Shown piece after piece: positions 25,325 through 25,473 of a stretch of 25,473 nt of DNA; within the stretch, counting starts at the first letter, position 1; each line of letters opens with the position of its first letter. The notes beneath the pieces were generated by a model. The model made no database searches, was not told where the DNA came from, and saw only the letters and a program-made list of their open reading frames with translations. The stretch comes from Fibrobacteria bacterium (GTDB lineage: Bacteria; Fibrobacterota; Fibrobacteria; UBA11236), in NCBI GenBank assembly GCA_043732185.1, contig JAYTHY010000099.1, positions 1 to 25,473 of the forward strand. Direction: 5' to 3'. The translations under genes were made by a program, and so were the position numbers.

Positions 25325-25473
25325 ATGGATAACGATTTTGACCTAGTCATCGCGGGCGCTGGCATCATGGGCTTAAGCAACGCGCTTGAGGCGGCCAGGG
25401 CAGGCTTGGCCGTACTAGTTTTCGATCCGGCCATTGCGTCCCACAATGCCTCGTGGGCGGCGGCAGGAATTCT
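25325..25473 (+). CDS. FAD-dependent oxidoreductase, glycine oxidase ThiO/DadA-like; 3'-truncated by the window edge
   Basis: MDNDFDLVIAGAGIMGLSNALEAARAGLAVLVFD...ASWAAAGI: Rossmann GxGxxG plus the ASxAAAG motif. Alternative in-frame ATG at 25301. Absent from the ORF track. Confidence 0.82.
   Translation, partial: MDNDFDLVIAGAGIMGLSNALEAARAGLAVLVFDPAIASHNASWAAAGI

Overview
A 25.5 kb bacterial chromosomal segment with no clear mobile element, integrase or CRISPR array. Recurrent TAnnTT promoter-like hexamers and the gene mix suggest an FCB-group organism, possibly Fibrobacterota (inference). In order: a 5'-truncated DUF3293-like gene; tmRNA (ssrA, minus strand, tag AEESYSYAMAA); an isolated, divergent flagellin with a sigma-28-type promoter; a Cof-type HAD phosphatase; a long minus-strand run pilB-pilT-pilC-pilS-like kinase-STAS-flgM-spoVG-spoVG-like-comM; a plus-strand TlpA-like lipoprotein-leuC-leuD-Xaa-Pro aminopeptidase run and a pseudo-receiver protein; a secreted TPR protein; a 616-aa hypothetical with FabX/nitronate-monooxygenase-like motifs; prfC; and an M3 oligopeptidase-M20 peptidase-ThiO-like oxidase run. 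The most interesting part is 2.8-11.8 kb. There a type IV pilus operon has a STAS anti-anti-sigma factor and flgM where pilR/pilA usually sit, and a near-consensus sigma-54 promoter, surrounded by inverted repeats and phased GGTGAA boxes, points into tandem spoVG genes and comM. Together these suggest a candidate pilus/flagellum/competence regulatory hub. All family calls come from motif recognition by eye; no database search was run.
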